Assembly: GCA_000092065.1 (NCBI GenBank)
Contig: CP000595.1
Origin: Ostreococcus lucimarinus
Lineage: Eukaryota
DNA: 64,000 bases
Direction: 5' to 3' (one strand)
The position numbers and the translations under genes are program-made. The notes below the pieces were generated by a model. The model saw nothing but the letters and a program-made list of their open reading frames with translations. It had not been told where the DNA came from and made no database searches. Each line of letters begins with the position of its first letter. Position 1 is the stretch's first letter. Below, in pieces: positions 31,868 through 41,485 of the stretch.

Positions 31868-32243
31868 CGCGGCGATCGGGCGACGCGCGGGGTCGTTTCG
31901 AGTCGACGCGCGTCGACGCGCGGCGGCGACGGCGCGGCGGCGGCGCGGCGGCGGCGCGGCGGCGCGCGCGCGGCGCGGCGACGACGCGCGGTCTCGCGCG
32001 TTCGCGCGTCGGCGTTCGCATCCTTAGCATTCGTAGCGTTTTCGTGTCCATCACGGACGACTTTAAAGATCGCGCTCGCGTCGTCGTCGCGTCGTCGTCG
32101 TCGTCCCGCTCGCCGCGCTCGGGACGCCTCGTCTGATCGACGTCACGCTCGCCGCCATCGCGTCATTCGCCGACGCGCGTGTGGACGAGCGTCCGACGCG
32201 CGCCTCGTCGAACGAACGCGCGAGAACGCGCGCGCTCGACGCG

Positions 32244-34145
32244 ATGCGCGCGATGGTCGCGCGTCCCGCGCGCGCGACGACGACGACGACGACGACGCGA
32301 CGCGCGCGCGCGGATAAGATGAAAAGCGCGCCGATGACGACGACGACGCGCGCGCACGTCGTCGCGCGCGCGATGCCGGCGCGAGCGCGCGCGGGTGATG
32401 GTGCGCGATGCGCGGTGGTCGCGACGCGGGACGCGGGACGCGGTGACGGCGTCAAGGCGCGCGCGGCGTCGAGCGAGGATGAGGGAAAAGACGCGAGCGA
32501 CGGCGGCGAGTCGGGGGACTCGGAACTCACGCAAGGGATGATCGACGCGATGCAAGCGCGACGGGCGCGTAAGATGGCGAAACAAGAGAGTAAGGGACCG
32601 GCGGGATTGGAGGACGTGAACCCGGTGAATCTCGGACGGAAGTCGCGGGCGGCGTTTGAGAACGTCTTCAAGCAGCTGACGTCGTTGACGTCGTTTCAAA
32701 AGTCCACGGCGCCGACGAACGCGAGAGAGTTTGATCAGGTCTACGACGCGGATTTGCTCAGTGGGAGCTCGGTGGGGGAGTTCGAGACGCCGAACGCGAA
32801 GTTTACGACGGTGTTGGTCACGGGGGCGACGGGGCGCATAGGTCGCGTTTTGATTCGCAAGCTCTTGTTGCGCGGATACACAGTCAAGGCGCTCGTGCGT
32901 CGCCAGGAAGACGTCGAGAAGCTTCCGGGTTTGGTACAAGTCATCGTCGGGGACGTCGGGGAGAAAGAAGTGATCAAAAATGCCATGATTGGCGTGAACA
33001 AGGTGATTTACTGCGCGAGCGCAAAAACCTCCGTCACGAGCGACTTGTACAACGTCGCCGACCAAGGTGTGAAGAACGTGGTATCGTGCATGCAAGACTA
33101 CTATCACATGCTCGCTTCCCGTCGCGCCGGTCGCAGCGCCAAGTCCAAGGTGATGTTGACCAACTTCAAGCACCCGACGGCGTACGAGGCGTGGGACGTC
33201 GAAGAGATCGAAGCCGACGCCGGCGCCGGCGCCGACGGGCGATGGGCCGCCGCGGCGGAGATGCAGCGTGTGAACTTCGATCCGCTCTACCCCGAAGACG
33301 AGGACAAACCTTTCGAATTCGCGACGTTCAACGGTTTCATCACCTCTCGTACGGGTAAGGCTGAAGTGAGCTCAAACGTCGAAGGTTTGCAAGCCGACGT
33401 CGACTTTTCAGCCAAGGAAGGTTTGTTGTTCCGTTTGAAGGGCGACGGGAAGCGCTACAGCGTGATGCTCACGCAGGACGATGGTTCCAAGTTCAGATTT
33501 TCGTTCAACACCACTGGGGGATGGCAAGTCATTCGTATGCCGTTTCACAAATTCGTCAGTGAAGGGAAAACTTCTTGGGGAGACGACGGCGACGCCATTC
33601 TCGACTTGACGAGAATCGAGAAGATTGGCGTTCGCTTCGATGCGAGAAAGAACCAACGCGAGACGACGATGTCAGACGTGATGAGTGGGAACAATAACAT
33701 GTTCAACTTGACGCTCGAGTACGTCAAGGCGATTCCCAAGGGCGAGGAACCCGATGTCATTTTGGTTTCGTGCTTCGGCGCCGGTTTGGAAGAGGGCGAA
33801 GAAAAGGAACGTATCCTGAAGATAAAGCGTGACGGTGAACGCGTGCTGCGCAACTCTGGTGTAGGATACACCATCGTTCGCCCGGGTGAGCTCGTCGAAG
33901 AGGCTGGTGGGGGCAAGGCGTTGGTTTTCGATCAAACCGAACGCATCAACACGCCGATTTCTTGCGCCGACGTCTCCGACGTCTGCGTCAAGGCGATGCA
34001 CGACGAAGAGGCGCGTAACAAGAGCTTCGATGTCGGCTACGAGTACGAAAGCGAGCAAGCCGAGTACGAGCTGATCACCCAAGTCAAAGGCAAATCCGAC
34101 AACTACCTCACTCCGGCGTTGAAGGTGCTCGAAAAGAACTCGTAA
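32244..34145 (+). CDS. NAD(P)-binding Rossmann-fold (NmrA/SDR-like) protein with a C-terminal CIA30-like domain, presequence-bearing
   Basis: VLVTGATGRIGRVLIRKLLLRGYTV (TGxxGxxG), and later FNTTGGWQVIRMPFHKF. The track start is GTG; the first ATG is at 32244. Confidence 0.65.
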   Translation: MRAMVARPARATTTTTTTRRARADKMKSAPMTTTTRAHVVARAMPARARAGDGARCAVVATRDAGRGDGVKARAASSEDEGKDASDGGESGDSELTQGMIDAMQARRARKMAKQESKGPAGLEDVNPVNLGRKSRAAFENVFKQLTSLTSFQKSTAPTNAREFDQVYDADLLSGSSVGEFETPNAKFTTVLVTGATGRIGRVLIRKLLLRGYTVKALVRRQEDVEKLPGLVQVIVGDVGEKEVIKNAMIGVNKVIYCASAKTSVTSDLYNVADQGVKNVVSCMQDYYHMLASRRAGRSAKSKVMLTNFKHPTAYEAWDVEEIEADAGAGADGRWAAAAEMQRVNFDPLYPEDEDKPFEFATFNGFITSRTGKAEVSSNVEGLQADVDFSAKEGLLFRLKGDGKRYSVMLTQDDGSKFRFSFNTTGGWQVIRMPFHKFVSEGKTSWGDDGDAILDLTRIEKIGVRFDARKNQRETTMSDVMSGNNNMFNLTLEYVKAIPKGEEPDVILVSCFGAGLEEGEEKERILKIKRDGERVLRNSGVGYTIVRPGELVEEAGGGKALVFDQTERINTPISCADVSDVCVKAMHDEEARNKSFDVGYEYESEQAEYELITQVKGKSDNYLTPALKVLEKNS

Positions 34146-34191
34146 TCCCAGTCGCGGCGAGACGAAATACTAGACCACGCGCGGTGCTGTA

Positions 34192-34196
34192 TGTAA
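34192..34196 (+). terminator. TGTAA poly(A) signal
   Basis: The pentamer lies 47 nt downstream of the 34145 stop, in an 83-bp convergent spacer. Confidence 0.4.
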
Positions 34197-34228
34197 ACGA
34201 CGAACATTCATTCATTCATATGTTCTAC

Positions 34229-35176
34229 CTAAACCTGCGCCGCCTCCTTCAGCAGAGGCCTGACTATGGAGAGTAGCGTCTCGTTGTCCGAGGCGTAGCG
34301 TTGGAGTAACCGCTCCGTCGCCGCGTCCGCGAGCTCCAACGCGCCGTTATCTTTAAACTCTTCCCCCCTCTTCGACGACATGATGCGTAACTTCTTCACA
34401 CATAAAATGACGGCGTAAAGCGCGCGAATATCTTTGCCATTGGTGAAATCAATCGCCGCGGCGAAGTGATGCTTCGCGTCGCGAATGTTTTCCTCGCCGC
34501 CCATGGTGTAGAGCACCTCACCCATTCGCCTGTGCGAGTTGGGATCGAACGGTCTCGCGCACAGCACTTCTTCGTAACAAAACAACGCCTTCTCGTACTC
34601 ACACCGCTCGGCGTACAGCTTCCCAAGCTCCAGCCACGCCTCGTCGTCCGCGCCAAAGTCTTCCAGATACTCCGTCAACGCCGCGACGGCGCCCGGGACG
34701 TCGCCCTCGCTCTTCGCGCACGCCACGCGCATTTTTCGCAACCTCGCCTCGCCTTTATTTTCCTCCAACATTTCATCCAACATCTTTCGCGCCTCCGCGG
34801 CGCCGCCCTCCTTTCCGAGCGTCGTCGCCGCTCGCAGCGCGCGCGCTCGAATCGACGTCGTCCCGAACCGTCCCTCCAGCGCCTCGCACAGCTTTTCCGC
34901 CGTCTCCGCGTCGCCGTAATCCAGCGCCGCGTACACCGCGCGTTCACATCGCGCGTGCGCTTCCCTCGCGCGCGCGCCGCTCCCTCGCAGCGACGCGAGC
35001 GACGTCGACGAGTTCGCGAACGCCTTCGCCGCGCGCGCCCACGACGCGATCTCTTTCCCACCGCCGCGCCGCGTCTGTTGCGCCGCGTGCGCCGGCGCGT
35101 CGTCGCGCGACGCGCGCGCGTGCGTCGACGCCGCTCGCCGCGCGTCGTCCAGCGCGCGCTCGTGCTCGCGCGTCAT
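34229..35176 (-). CDS. TPR-repeat protein, possibly EMC2 (TTC35)-like
   Basis: TPR repeats along the whole length (CEYEKALFCYEEVL...HRRMGEVLYTMGG). About 315 aa from the ATG at 35176. The EMC2 assignment is tentative. Confidence 0.5.
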   Translation of the reverse strand: MTREHERALDDARRAASTHARASRDDAPAHAAQQTRRGGGKEIASWARAAKAFANSSTSLASLRGSGARAREAHARCERAVYAALDYGDAETAEKLCEALEGRFGTTSIRARALRAATTLGKEGGAAEARKMLDEMLEENKGEARLRKMRVACAKSEGDVPGAVAALTEYLEDFGADDEAWLELGKLYAERCEYEKALFCYEEVLCARPFDPNSHRRMGEVLYTMGGEENIRDAKHHFAAAIDFTNGKDIRALYAVILCVKKLRIMSSKRGEEFKDNGALELADAATERLLQRYASDNETLLSIVRPLLKEAAQV

Positions 35177-35695
35177 GCGCGTCGCCGAGTCGCGTCGATC
35201 GCCTCGCCCGATGCGCGCGCCATCCGTCGCGCCGCACACACCGACGCGACGCGATCGCCTCGCGCCGTCGCGCGCCGTCGATCGAGCGACCGCGCGCCGA
35301 TCGCGGCGCCGCATGAAGCGCGTCGCTGACGCGCTCGCGCGCCGCGCGGCGCGACGGACGCGCGACGGGGTTTCGACGAGCCTCGGCGAATCCGCGCGCG
35401 CGCGCGCCGCGTCGACGATGTGCGTCGCGCTTCGTCGACGACGCGATTCGCGCGTGTTGAATTCGAGCGTCGCGACCGCGACGCGCGGCCGCGGCGACGC
35501 GTCGACCGATCCCAGCCGACGATCGAGCGACTGACCTCGCGCGCGTCTCGCGCGCGTCTCGCGCAGGACGAAGATATTGGACGGGAGCGTGTGGTGCGTC
35601 GATCGCGACGCCGAGCGATGCCGACGACGAAACGATGCGTTATTTGTAGTCGCGCGCGACTGACGACGACGACGACGACGACGACGCGCTCGCAG

Positions 35696-36050
35696 GCACT
35701 TGGAGTCGCGCTCGGGCGAAAAGGTCGGCGAGGACGAGCTCGGAAACGCGTACTACGAAAACAAATCGTATCAACAGGGACGCTCGCGATGGGTGGTGCC
35801 CAAAAACCTCGACGATTACTCCGCCGCGAACATTCCGCGCGAGTGGCACGGTTGGTTGCATCACATCAACGACGAACCGGGTCTTCCGAACGCGACGACG
35901 CCGATTTACGAAGACGCGTCGCCGTACTTCGTCGCCGGGAAATCGAACGCGGGGACGTACTTACCGAAGGGGCACTTTCTCCGTCAGCGTCCGTCCGACG
36001 CGGGCGTGACGCGGAGTTGGGCCAAGTACCAACCGTGGTCACCGCCGTGA
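35696..36050 (+). CDS. NDUFA12: NADH dehydrogenase (complex I) subunit NDUFA12 / B17.2. Main exon, preceded by a candidate exon 1 at 35635..35645.
   Basis: VGEDELGNAYYEN...RSRWVV...REWHGWLHHINDEPG aligns with NDUFA12. The open frame has no ATG (the track start is TTG at 35700). The ATG at 35635 plus the GT(35646)...AG(35695) would give MRYLHLESRSGEKVG... Confidence 0.7.
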
Positions 36051-36172
36051 GTAGATTCGTCCGTTTGTAACACCGTGTTTCGTCTTTCGTCGCCTCGCCC
36101 GGCGCGCGCTCGCGGCGCGGGGATCGTCGCCGATTCCACGTCGCGCCGAATCGTCAAACGTCGACGCGCGAC

Positions 36173-38044
36173 ATGGGCCGTCGAATCGACGCGAACGGTG
36201 GCGCGTCGAACGGTGAAGCCGACGCGTCGCGCGCGTCCCCTCGCGCGCGCGACGACGCGGTGTCGCGCCTCGACGCCGCGACGGTATCGCGCAGTGGGAC
36301 GCCGCCGCTCCCGCCGCTCGCGCCGTCGCAATACGAAGCGATGCTGCGCGCGCAGTACGCCGCGGGGGTGAGCCCGGGATCTGGGTTCGTCCCGGACGAC
36401 GCGCGAGCGTCGGATGAGGAGGACGGCGACGACGAAGGCGCGAGGCGGCGGTCGCGGGGACGAGCGAGCGGGACGGAGGAAGACGCGAAGACGAAGACGA
36501 GGGACGAAAACACCGCGGAGGGGCGCGCGGGGGGGCTGGTGAGGGATTTGATGGGAGGGTACGGCGACGACGCGCGCGGTACGGTGAGCTCGAGCGCGAC
36601 GGCGGGAGCAGAGGGTCGACGCGAGGCGAGCGCGGCGCGAGAGGCGGCGACGAGCGGATTGCAGACGGTGATGGTTGGTAAACCGCCGCGTGGGGTTGGA
36701 AACTACGATAAACCGAACGGCGACGATATCGAACCCGTCAAAGCGGTGCCGGTGTCGACGTCGGGGCGTGCCAAGGTGGGATGGGTGCGCATCAACACTC
36801 TGGGCGTTGTCAACCGGTTGTCGATGGAGAAGACAAAAATCGCGACTTTGCTCAGGGTACCGCTGCGGGATTTGCGCGTGCTCGAACCGACGACGGCAGA
36901 TTCGTACTCCGCCGCGGTACTGTGTCGTGAGCGCGCGATCGTGGTGAATTTGGAGCAGATTAAAGTGTTGATCACCGCCGAAGAAGTCATCATGACGGAT
37001 TCGCAAACGAGCACGGTGACGCACTTTTTGCCCGAGCTCCAAACCCGGTTGTTGCGACGAAAAAGACTGCGCGAGAGAGACCCATCGCTATCGACGCTAC
37101 CGCTGAATTTATCTGCCGCAGACTTGACGAATGTGATGGAAGGTCAAGCGGAGAAGGCGAAGAGCGAAACATCGCCCGAAAAAGAATTACGCCAGGCGCA
37201 GCCCACCACGGATGAGTTCCCGTTTGAATTCGTAGCCCTGGAAGTTGCGCTGGAGATGGTGTGTAACACCCTGGAGGTAGAGGCGAACAAAGTCGAGCTC
37301 GACGCCAAGCCCGCGCTCGAGGCGCTTCGTAAGCGGGTCGACAACGTCAACCTCGAACGCGTGCGAAGGATGAAGACGAGACTCGTGCGCGTCGCTGGTC
37401 GCGTGAGCAAGGTTCGAGAAGAGATTCAACGTTATTTAGACGATGATTCCGACATGCGTGACATGTATTTGACGCGTAAATCGAAACAACAGTCGGAATC
37501 ACTCAGAAGGGAGGGCTCCGTGACGTCGCCTCCGCCCAACGGCGCGGATGGCGGCCAACGAGGCGCGACGGCGCACTATCAGCTCGAGCACGCATTGAGT
37601 GCGTCGAGCGGACGATCTCCGCTCGGTGTGCACGGCGTGCACACACAAAGTGGCGAGGCACACAACGCATACTTCGACGCCTACGATGAAGACAAGGATC
37701 TACAAGAGCTCGAGGATTTACTCGAAACGTACTTTACCCACGTCGATTCCACCCACCGCTCGCTCAACGGTTTGAACGAGTACATCGATGACTTGGAGGA
37801 TTTGATCGAAATTGAACTCGATTCCCAGCGTAACCAGCTCATCAAACTCGAGCTCATCCTGACCACCGCGACGCTGTGCCTGACGTGCTTCTCCGTCGTC
37901 GTCGGCATCTTTGGCATGAACATCAAAAACAACGTCGAAAATGAGCATGGCATGTTTTTGTTGGTCGTCTTGCTCGGTTCAGCGGCGACGATCGGCATGT
38001 TCATCATCCTGTTGCGCGTGTGCCGATATTACAGGCTCTTCTAG
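36173..38044 (+). CDS. MRS2: MRS2/CorA-family magnesium transporter
   Basis: C-terminal GMN motif in two TM helices (GIFGMNIKNN). Coiled-coil stalk. Long Asp/Arg/Gly-rich N-terminal extension. ATG at 36173. Confidence 0.85.
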   Translation: MGRRIDANGGASNGEADASRASPRARDDAVSRLDAATVSRSGTPPLPPLAPSQYEAMLRAQYAAGVSPGSGFVPDDARASDEEDGDDEGARRRSRGRASGTEEDAKTKTRDENTAEGRAGGLVRDLMGGYGDDARGTVSSSATAGAEGRREASAAREAATSGLQTVMVGKPPRGVGNYDKPNGDDIEPVKAVPVSTSGRAKVGWVRINTLGVVNRLSMEKTKIATLLRVPLRDLRVLEPTTADSYSAAVLCRERAIVVNLEQIKVLITAEEVIMTDSQTSTVTHFLPELQTRLLRRKRLRERDPSLSTLPLNLSAADLTNVMEGQAEKAKSETSPEKELRQAQPTTDEFPFEFVALEVALEMVCNTLEVEANKVELDAKPALEALRKRVDNVNLERVRRMKTRLVRVAGRVSKVREEIQRYLDDDSDMRDMYLTRKSKQQSESLRREGSVTSPPPNGADGGQRGATAHYQLEHALSASSGRSPLGVHGVHTQSGEAHNAYFDAYDEDKDLQELEDLLETYFTHVDSTHRSLNGLNEYIDDLEDLIEIELDSQRNQLIKLELILTTATLCLTCFSVVVGIFGMNIKNNVENEHGMFLLVVLLGSAATIGMFIILLRVCRYYRLF

Positions 38045-38117
38045 CGACCGCCCTTTCTTGCAATTAAATCATCCAAACACCGGGAGCCGCTCGCGACGCC
38101 GCACTCCATGGTGTGGC

Positions 38118-38942
38118 ATGGCGCCGGTCGATTTCCGCGCCGTGCGCGCGAAAGCGTTGATGCGCGAGTCAACGACGACGACGACGACGACGACGCGCGA
38201 CGACACCCTTTCGTTCGCCGCGCGCGGTGGATTCGTCGACACAGATGTCGATGACGAGATTTCATCTTCATCGTCGCCCGACGTCGCGAAACGCGTCCCG
38301 GGGTTGGCGTATTGTCGTGAATTCATCGGTGCGCGCGACGCCGAGTTCGTCGAAAGCGCGTTACTGCGCGAGCCCGCGGCGTGGTGGACGAAAGGACGCG
38401 GTCGAAGGGTGATGAACGCGGGCGGGACGTCGCCTTCGAGGTTGTATCGCGAAGGCGATGACGAGGCGATTCCGACGTACCTGCGCGAACTCGTGGAGGT
38501 TTTGGTACGACGGAAAGCGAGCGAGCGCGCGGCGAATCACGTGCTGGTGAATGAATACGACGCTGATGGATTCATTTCGCCGCATTCAGATGGGGACGTG
38601 TACGCGCCCGATGTGCAAATTTTGACGCTACGGTCGAGCGCGTTGATTGAGTTTTGGCCGGCAGAGGGCGCGACGGCGGGAGACTTTGATGAGTGTGACA
38701 ATATCGATGCACCGCGGCCGGTCGTGAGCGTGTTGCTTGAACCTAGAAGCTTGTTGATGTACCGCGGCGAAGCGTATCGCTTACGTCACGGTATTCGCGC
38801 GCGAGTAAAAGACGTAGTGGCTGCAGAAACGGCGAACGCACGCGAATTAGGATTAGAAATAGGCGACGTCGTCGAACGTAATCCCGCGGGGCGGCTCAGC
38901 GTGGTGTTCGTGCGAAAGTACGCGGAGAGAAGATGTGAGTAA
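38118..38942 (+). CDS. AlkB-like 2OG-Fe(II) oxygenase (tentative)
   Basis: HVLVNEYDADGFISPHSDG (HxD facial triad) and a distal RHGI. The track ORF overlaps the MRS2 3' end; the start was moved to the MAPVDF ATG. Confidence 0.5.
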   Translation: MAPVDFRAVRAKALMRESTTTTTTTTRDDTLSFAARGGFVDTDVDDEISSSSSPDVAKRVPGLAYCREFIGARDAEFVESALLREPAAWWTKGRGRRVMNAGGTSPSRLYREGDDEAIPTYLRELVEVLVRRKASERAANHVLVNEYDADGFISPHSDGDVYAPDVQILTLRSSALIEFWPAEGATAGDFDECDNIDAPRPVVSVLLEPRSLLMYRGEAYRLRHGIRARVKDVVAAETANARELGLEIGDVVERNPAGRLSVVFVRKYAERRCE

Positions 38943-38988
38943 GAAACTAGTTAGGCGAGAGCGTCGAGAATCGGATCGAGTCGACGAG

Positions 38989-39669
38989 TCACCTCGTTTC
39001 GAATCGAAATCGTCTAGGGTCGTCGTCGTCGTCGTCGTCATCGGACGGGTGCCTCGATGTGCGTCGTCGAGCCGACTCGCGTAGCAGTCGCGCGCGCGCG
39101 AAGAACTCGTCGGCTTGATCTCTCTTCGCGTGCGCTCGTCTCGACATCTCTCGAGCGCGTTGGCGAAGACGGCGATGCGCCTTGGCAAACATCGCATCGG
39201 CGTCATGTTCGAGCTCTTCAGCCATTCGTCGCAGCTGTAACGCTCGACTTTCGAGATGCGCTGGCGATGCGTTCACGTCGTCGCCGCGCTCTTCCATTTC
39301 CATTTCCTCTACCATCATTTCACGAAAGAGACGTTGCATTCTCGCGTCGCGCTCGGCGACACTCTCATCGTCCAGCGCAGCGTCGTCTTCGATGTTCTCC
39401 GCCGACGAAAAGTCGTTCGTCGTAGTTTCGTTCTTCGTATCGCTCTTCGTAGTTTCACTCTTCGTGTCGTCGCTCGACGTCGAAGACGTGCGAGAGGACC
39501 ACAGGGCGCCCATCTTTGGATTTGGCTGCGCGCTCGCTCGTTGGGGCACCAAGAGCCACGGCAAGGATGGTTTCACAGGCGATGGCGACGACGGGAAGAG
39601 CGATTTTTTTGCGAGTGTTCGTAGCAGCGACGCACGCACGGCGATCGTGGATCGAGCGAGCACGAACAT
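38989..39669 (-). CDS. Hypothetical acidic coiled-coil protein
   Basis: ATG at 39669. Normal protein composition with a poly-Asp tail. Internal MGALWSS is a possible N-myristoylation start. No recognisable family. Confidence 0.35.
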   Translation of the reverse strand: MFVLARSTIAVRASLLRTLAKKSLFPSSPSPVKPSLPWLLVPQRASAQPNPKMGALWSSRTSSTSSDDTKSETTKSDTKNETTTNDFSSAENIEDDAALDDESVAERDARMQRLFREMMVEEMEMEERGDDVNASPAHLESRALQLRRMAEELEHDADAMFAKAHRRLRQRAREMSRRAHAKRDQADEFFARARLLRESARRRTSRHPSDDDDDDDDPRRFRFETR

Positions 39670-39758
39670 GTCGCGTCAGTGTGTGAAGATTTTGGACGAG
39701 ACGAGACCAGACGAGTCGACAATTTGGCGCACGCCCAATATCTACAATATCTACGATT

Positions 39759-41084
39759 TCACGCGCGTTTCTGACGCTTGAGTTGAGCGAGCGTGGGCAC
39801 AGCTCGCGCCATCGCGACACGCACGGATGTGGCGAACGTATCCTTCACACCCACGTCTCGCGCTGCTTTGGAAGATTGCAAGACGAAGACGCACGTGTCG
39901 TACGGCGACGCTCGATAGGGATCGCGCCGTTGATGCGAAGCGCCGTCGCAATATCCGTGGTCGACCGCGGCGATGAGTACGTTCGCTCGAAGAAACGCGC
40001 TGTTTGTGAGCGCATCGAACGCGCCCGTCTCTTTCCATCCCGGCATGATGAAGACAAACGTGAGCGCGTTTTGTGACTTCTCCGCGCGTTCGAGCAACGC
40101 CTCGCACCAGAGGGCGGCCTCGTCCAAGACCTCGCGCACGAAAGGTGGATTTACCTCGTACGACCCTCTCGACGGTTGAAACGCCGCGAACGAGCCGATG
40201 CTCCCGAACGGGGCGTCGACGTCGCCGAAAGCGCTGCAAAATCGCGCGAAGTACGCGTTCATGGGCGACGCGAAGCACTCCATCGTAACCTTCAGATCAT
40301 CGTGCAACACGCGGAAGACGTCGTGCGAGCACGCCGCTTGGAATCCATGGCCATGAATCGTTTTGTACCTAAGCAACAGCGCGAACATTCTGTCGTGCAC
40401 GTCGTCGTCACCGTCGTCGTCGCCGCCGGCGCGCGAGTGCTTTTCGTAAAGCGCGCGCAACTTGCCGTACGCCTCGTGCGTCAACTTGACCAAGTAATCG
40501 TCGCCAAGCGTCAAATCTCGCGAGTGTTTATGTATCGTCAATTTCGTCGCCGCGAGCTTGGCCAGACCGTGCGCGCCACCGTCCACCAGTTTCTGTTTCA
40601 TCGCCTCCAACGCGACGACCTCCTTCGCCGACGCCGCGCACACCGACGCCTCAATCTCGATGGCGATCGCCTCCGAGACCCCCGCGCGCATCAAATCGTT
40701 CGCCATCGTCCCTTTCGTCGCGCCGTCGTGCGCGACGTTCGGAAACATGGCGTCCGTGTTCTCCCCCACGAGGCCGCACGCGCCTCGTCTCCGCCGTTTC
40801 GTCTTTCCCTTTCCCGCCGCCGCCGCCGTTCGTCCCCGCGCCTCCTCCGCCAACTTCGTCGCGAACCTCCATCGCTCGAGCGCCAGCTGCGGCGGCGCTT
40901 CCAGTCCCCCCCTCCGTTCGCACGCCGCTCGAAACGCCTCTCGCACGCGTTTCATCGCCTCCGCGCGTCTCGCCTCGCAGTGCGCCGCCGCCCGCGCGCT
41001 CCGCGCCGTCGCCCGCGCGCACGCCGCGTCCACGCGCACGACCGCCGCGTCGTGTTCGACCGCGAAGTCGTACGATTGACCCAT
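39759..41084 (-). CDS. PCIF1/CAPAM-like (PCIF1_WW family) NPPF-motif RNA methyltransferase-domain protein
   Basis: ECFASPMNAYFARFCSAFGDVDAPFGSIGSF...GSYEVNPPF...FVFIMPGW aligns with the PCIF1 catalytic core including NPPF. Start at the MGQSY ATG (41084). The upstream track extension is a poly-Thr/Arg low-complexity tract encoded by (GTC)n. Confidence 0.6.
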   Translation of the reverse strand: MGQSYDFAVEHDAAVVRVDAACARATARSARAAAHCEARRAEAMKRVREAFRAACERRGGLEAPPQLALERWRFATKLAEEARGRTAAAAGKGKTKRRRRGACGLVGENTDAMFPNVAHDGATKGTMANDLMRAGVSEAIAIEIEASVCAASAKEVVALEAMKQKLVDGGAHGLAKLAATKLTIHKHSRDLTLGDDYLVKLTHEAYGKLRALYEKHSRAGGDDDGDDDVHDRMFALLLRYKTIHGHGFQAACSHDVFRVLHDDLKVTMECFASPMNAYFARFCSAFGDVDAPFGSIGSFAAFQPSRGSYEVNPPFVREVLDEAALWCEALLERAEKSQNALTFVFIMPGWKETGAFDALTNSAFLRANVLIAAVDHGYCDGASHQRRDPYRASPYDTCVFVLQSSKAARDVGVKDTFATSVRVAMARAVPTLAQLKRQKRA

Positions 41085-41090
41085 CGCGCG

Positions 41091-41305
41091 CGTCGTCGTC
41101 GTCGTCGTCGTCGCGCGTCGTCCCGCGTCGTCGTCCCGCGTCGTCGCCTTCGCCTTCGTCAGCGCGTGTAACGGTCCCGCCGTCCATCGTCGTCGCGGCG
41201 TCTTCGTCGTCGTCGTCCTCGTCGTCGCGCGCGGCGACGGCGTCTCTCGCGTCGTCGTCGTCGTCGTCGCTCGCGTCGTCGTCGGCGGCGGCTCTCGCGT
41301 CGTCA
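41091..41305. repeat. Interrupted (GTC/GAC)n trinucleotide tract
   Basis: (cgt)8 at 41091..41113 and further gtc runs at 41205..41305. They read as poly-Asp or poly-Thr depending on frame. Confidence 0.7.
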
Positions 41306-41485
41306 TGAAAGGTTCGCGCGACGACGCGTCGCGGCGCGCGGCGGTCGACGCGCGGCGGTCGCGCATCGTGGCGGTATACGGCGCATTTCGTGGCGGTGTA
41401 CGGCACACTCGATCGTATCGTAAGGCTCGTGGCCCCATATAGCGCGAAATGCGACGCCGCGCGCCCGCCCGCGCGTCTTTGGGTG

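Noticed and set aside
31901-31995. (gcggcggcgcg)n GC-rich repeat after the cytochrome b5 stop as a possible gene or CpG-island element
   Set aside because: Simple-sequence expansion in a 3' region. Every frame gives only Arg/Ala/Gly. No evidence of function beyond low complexity.
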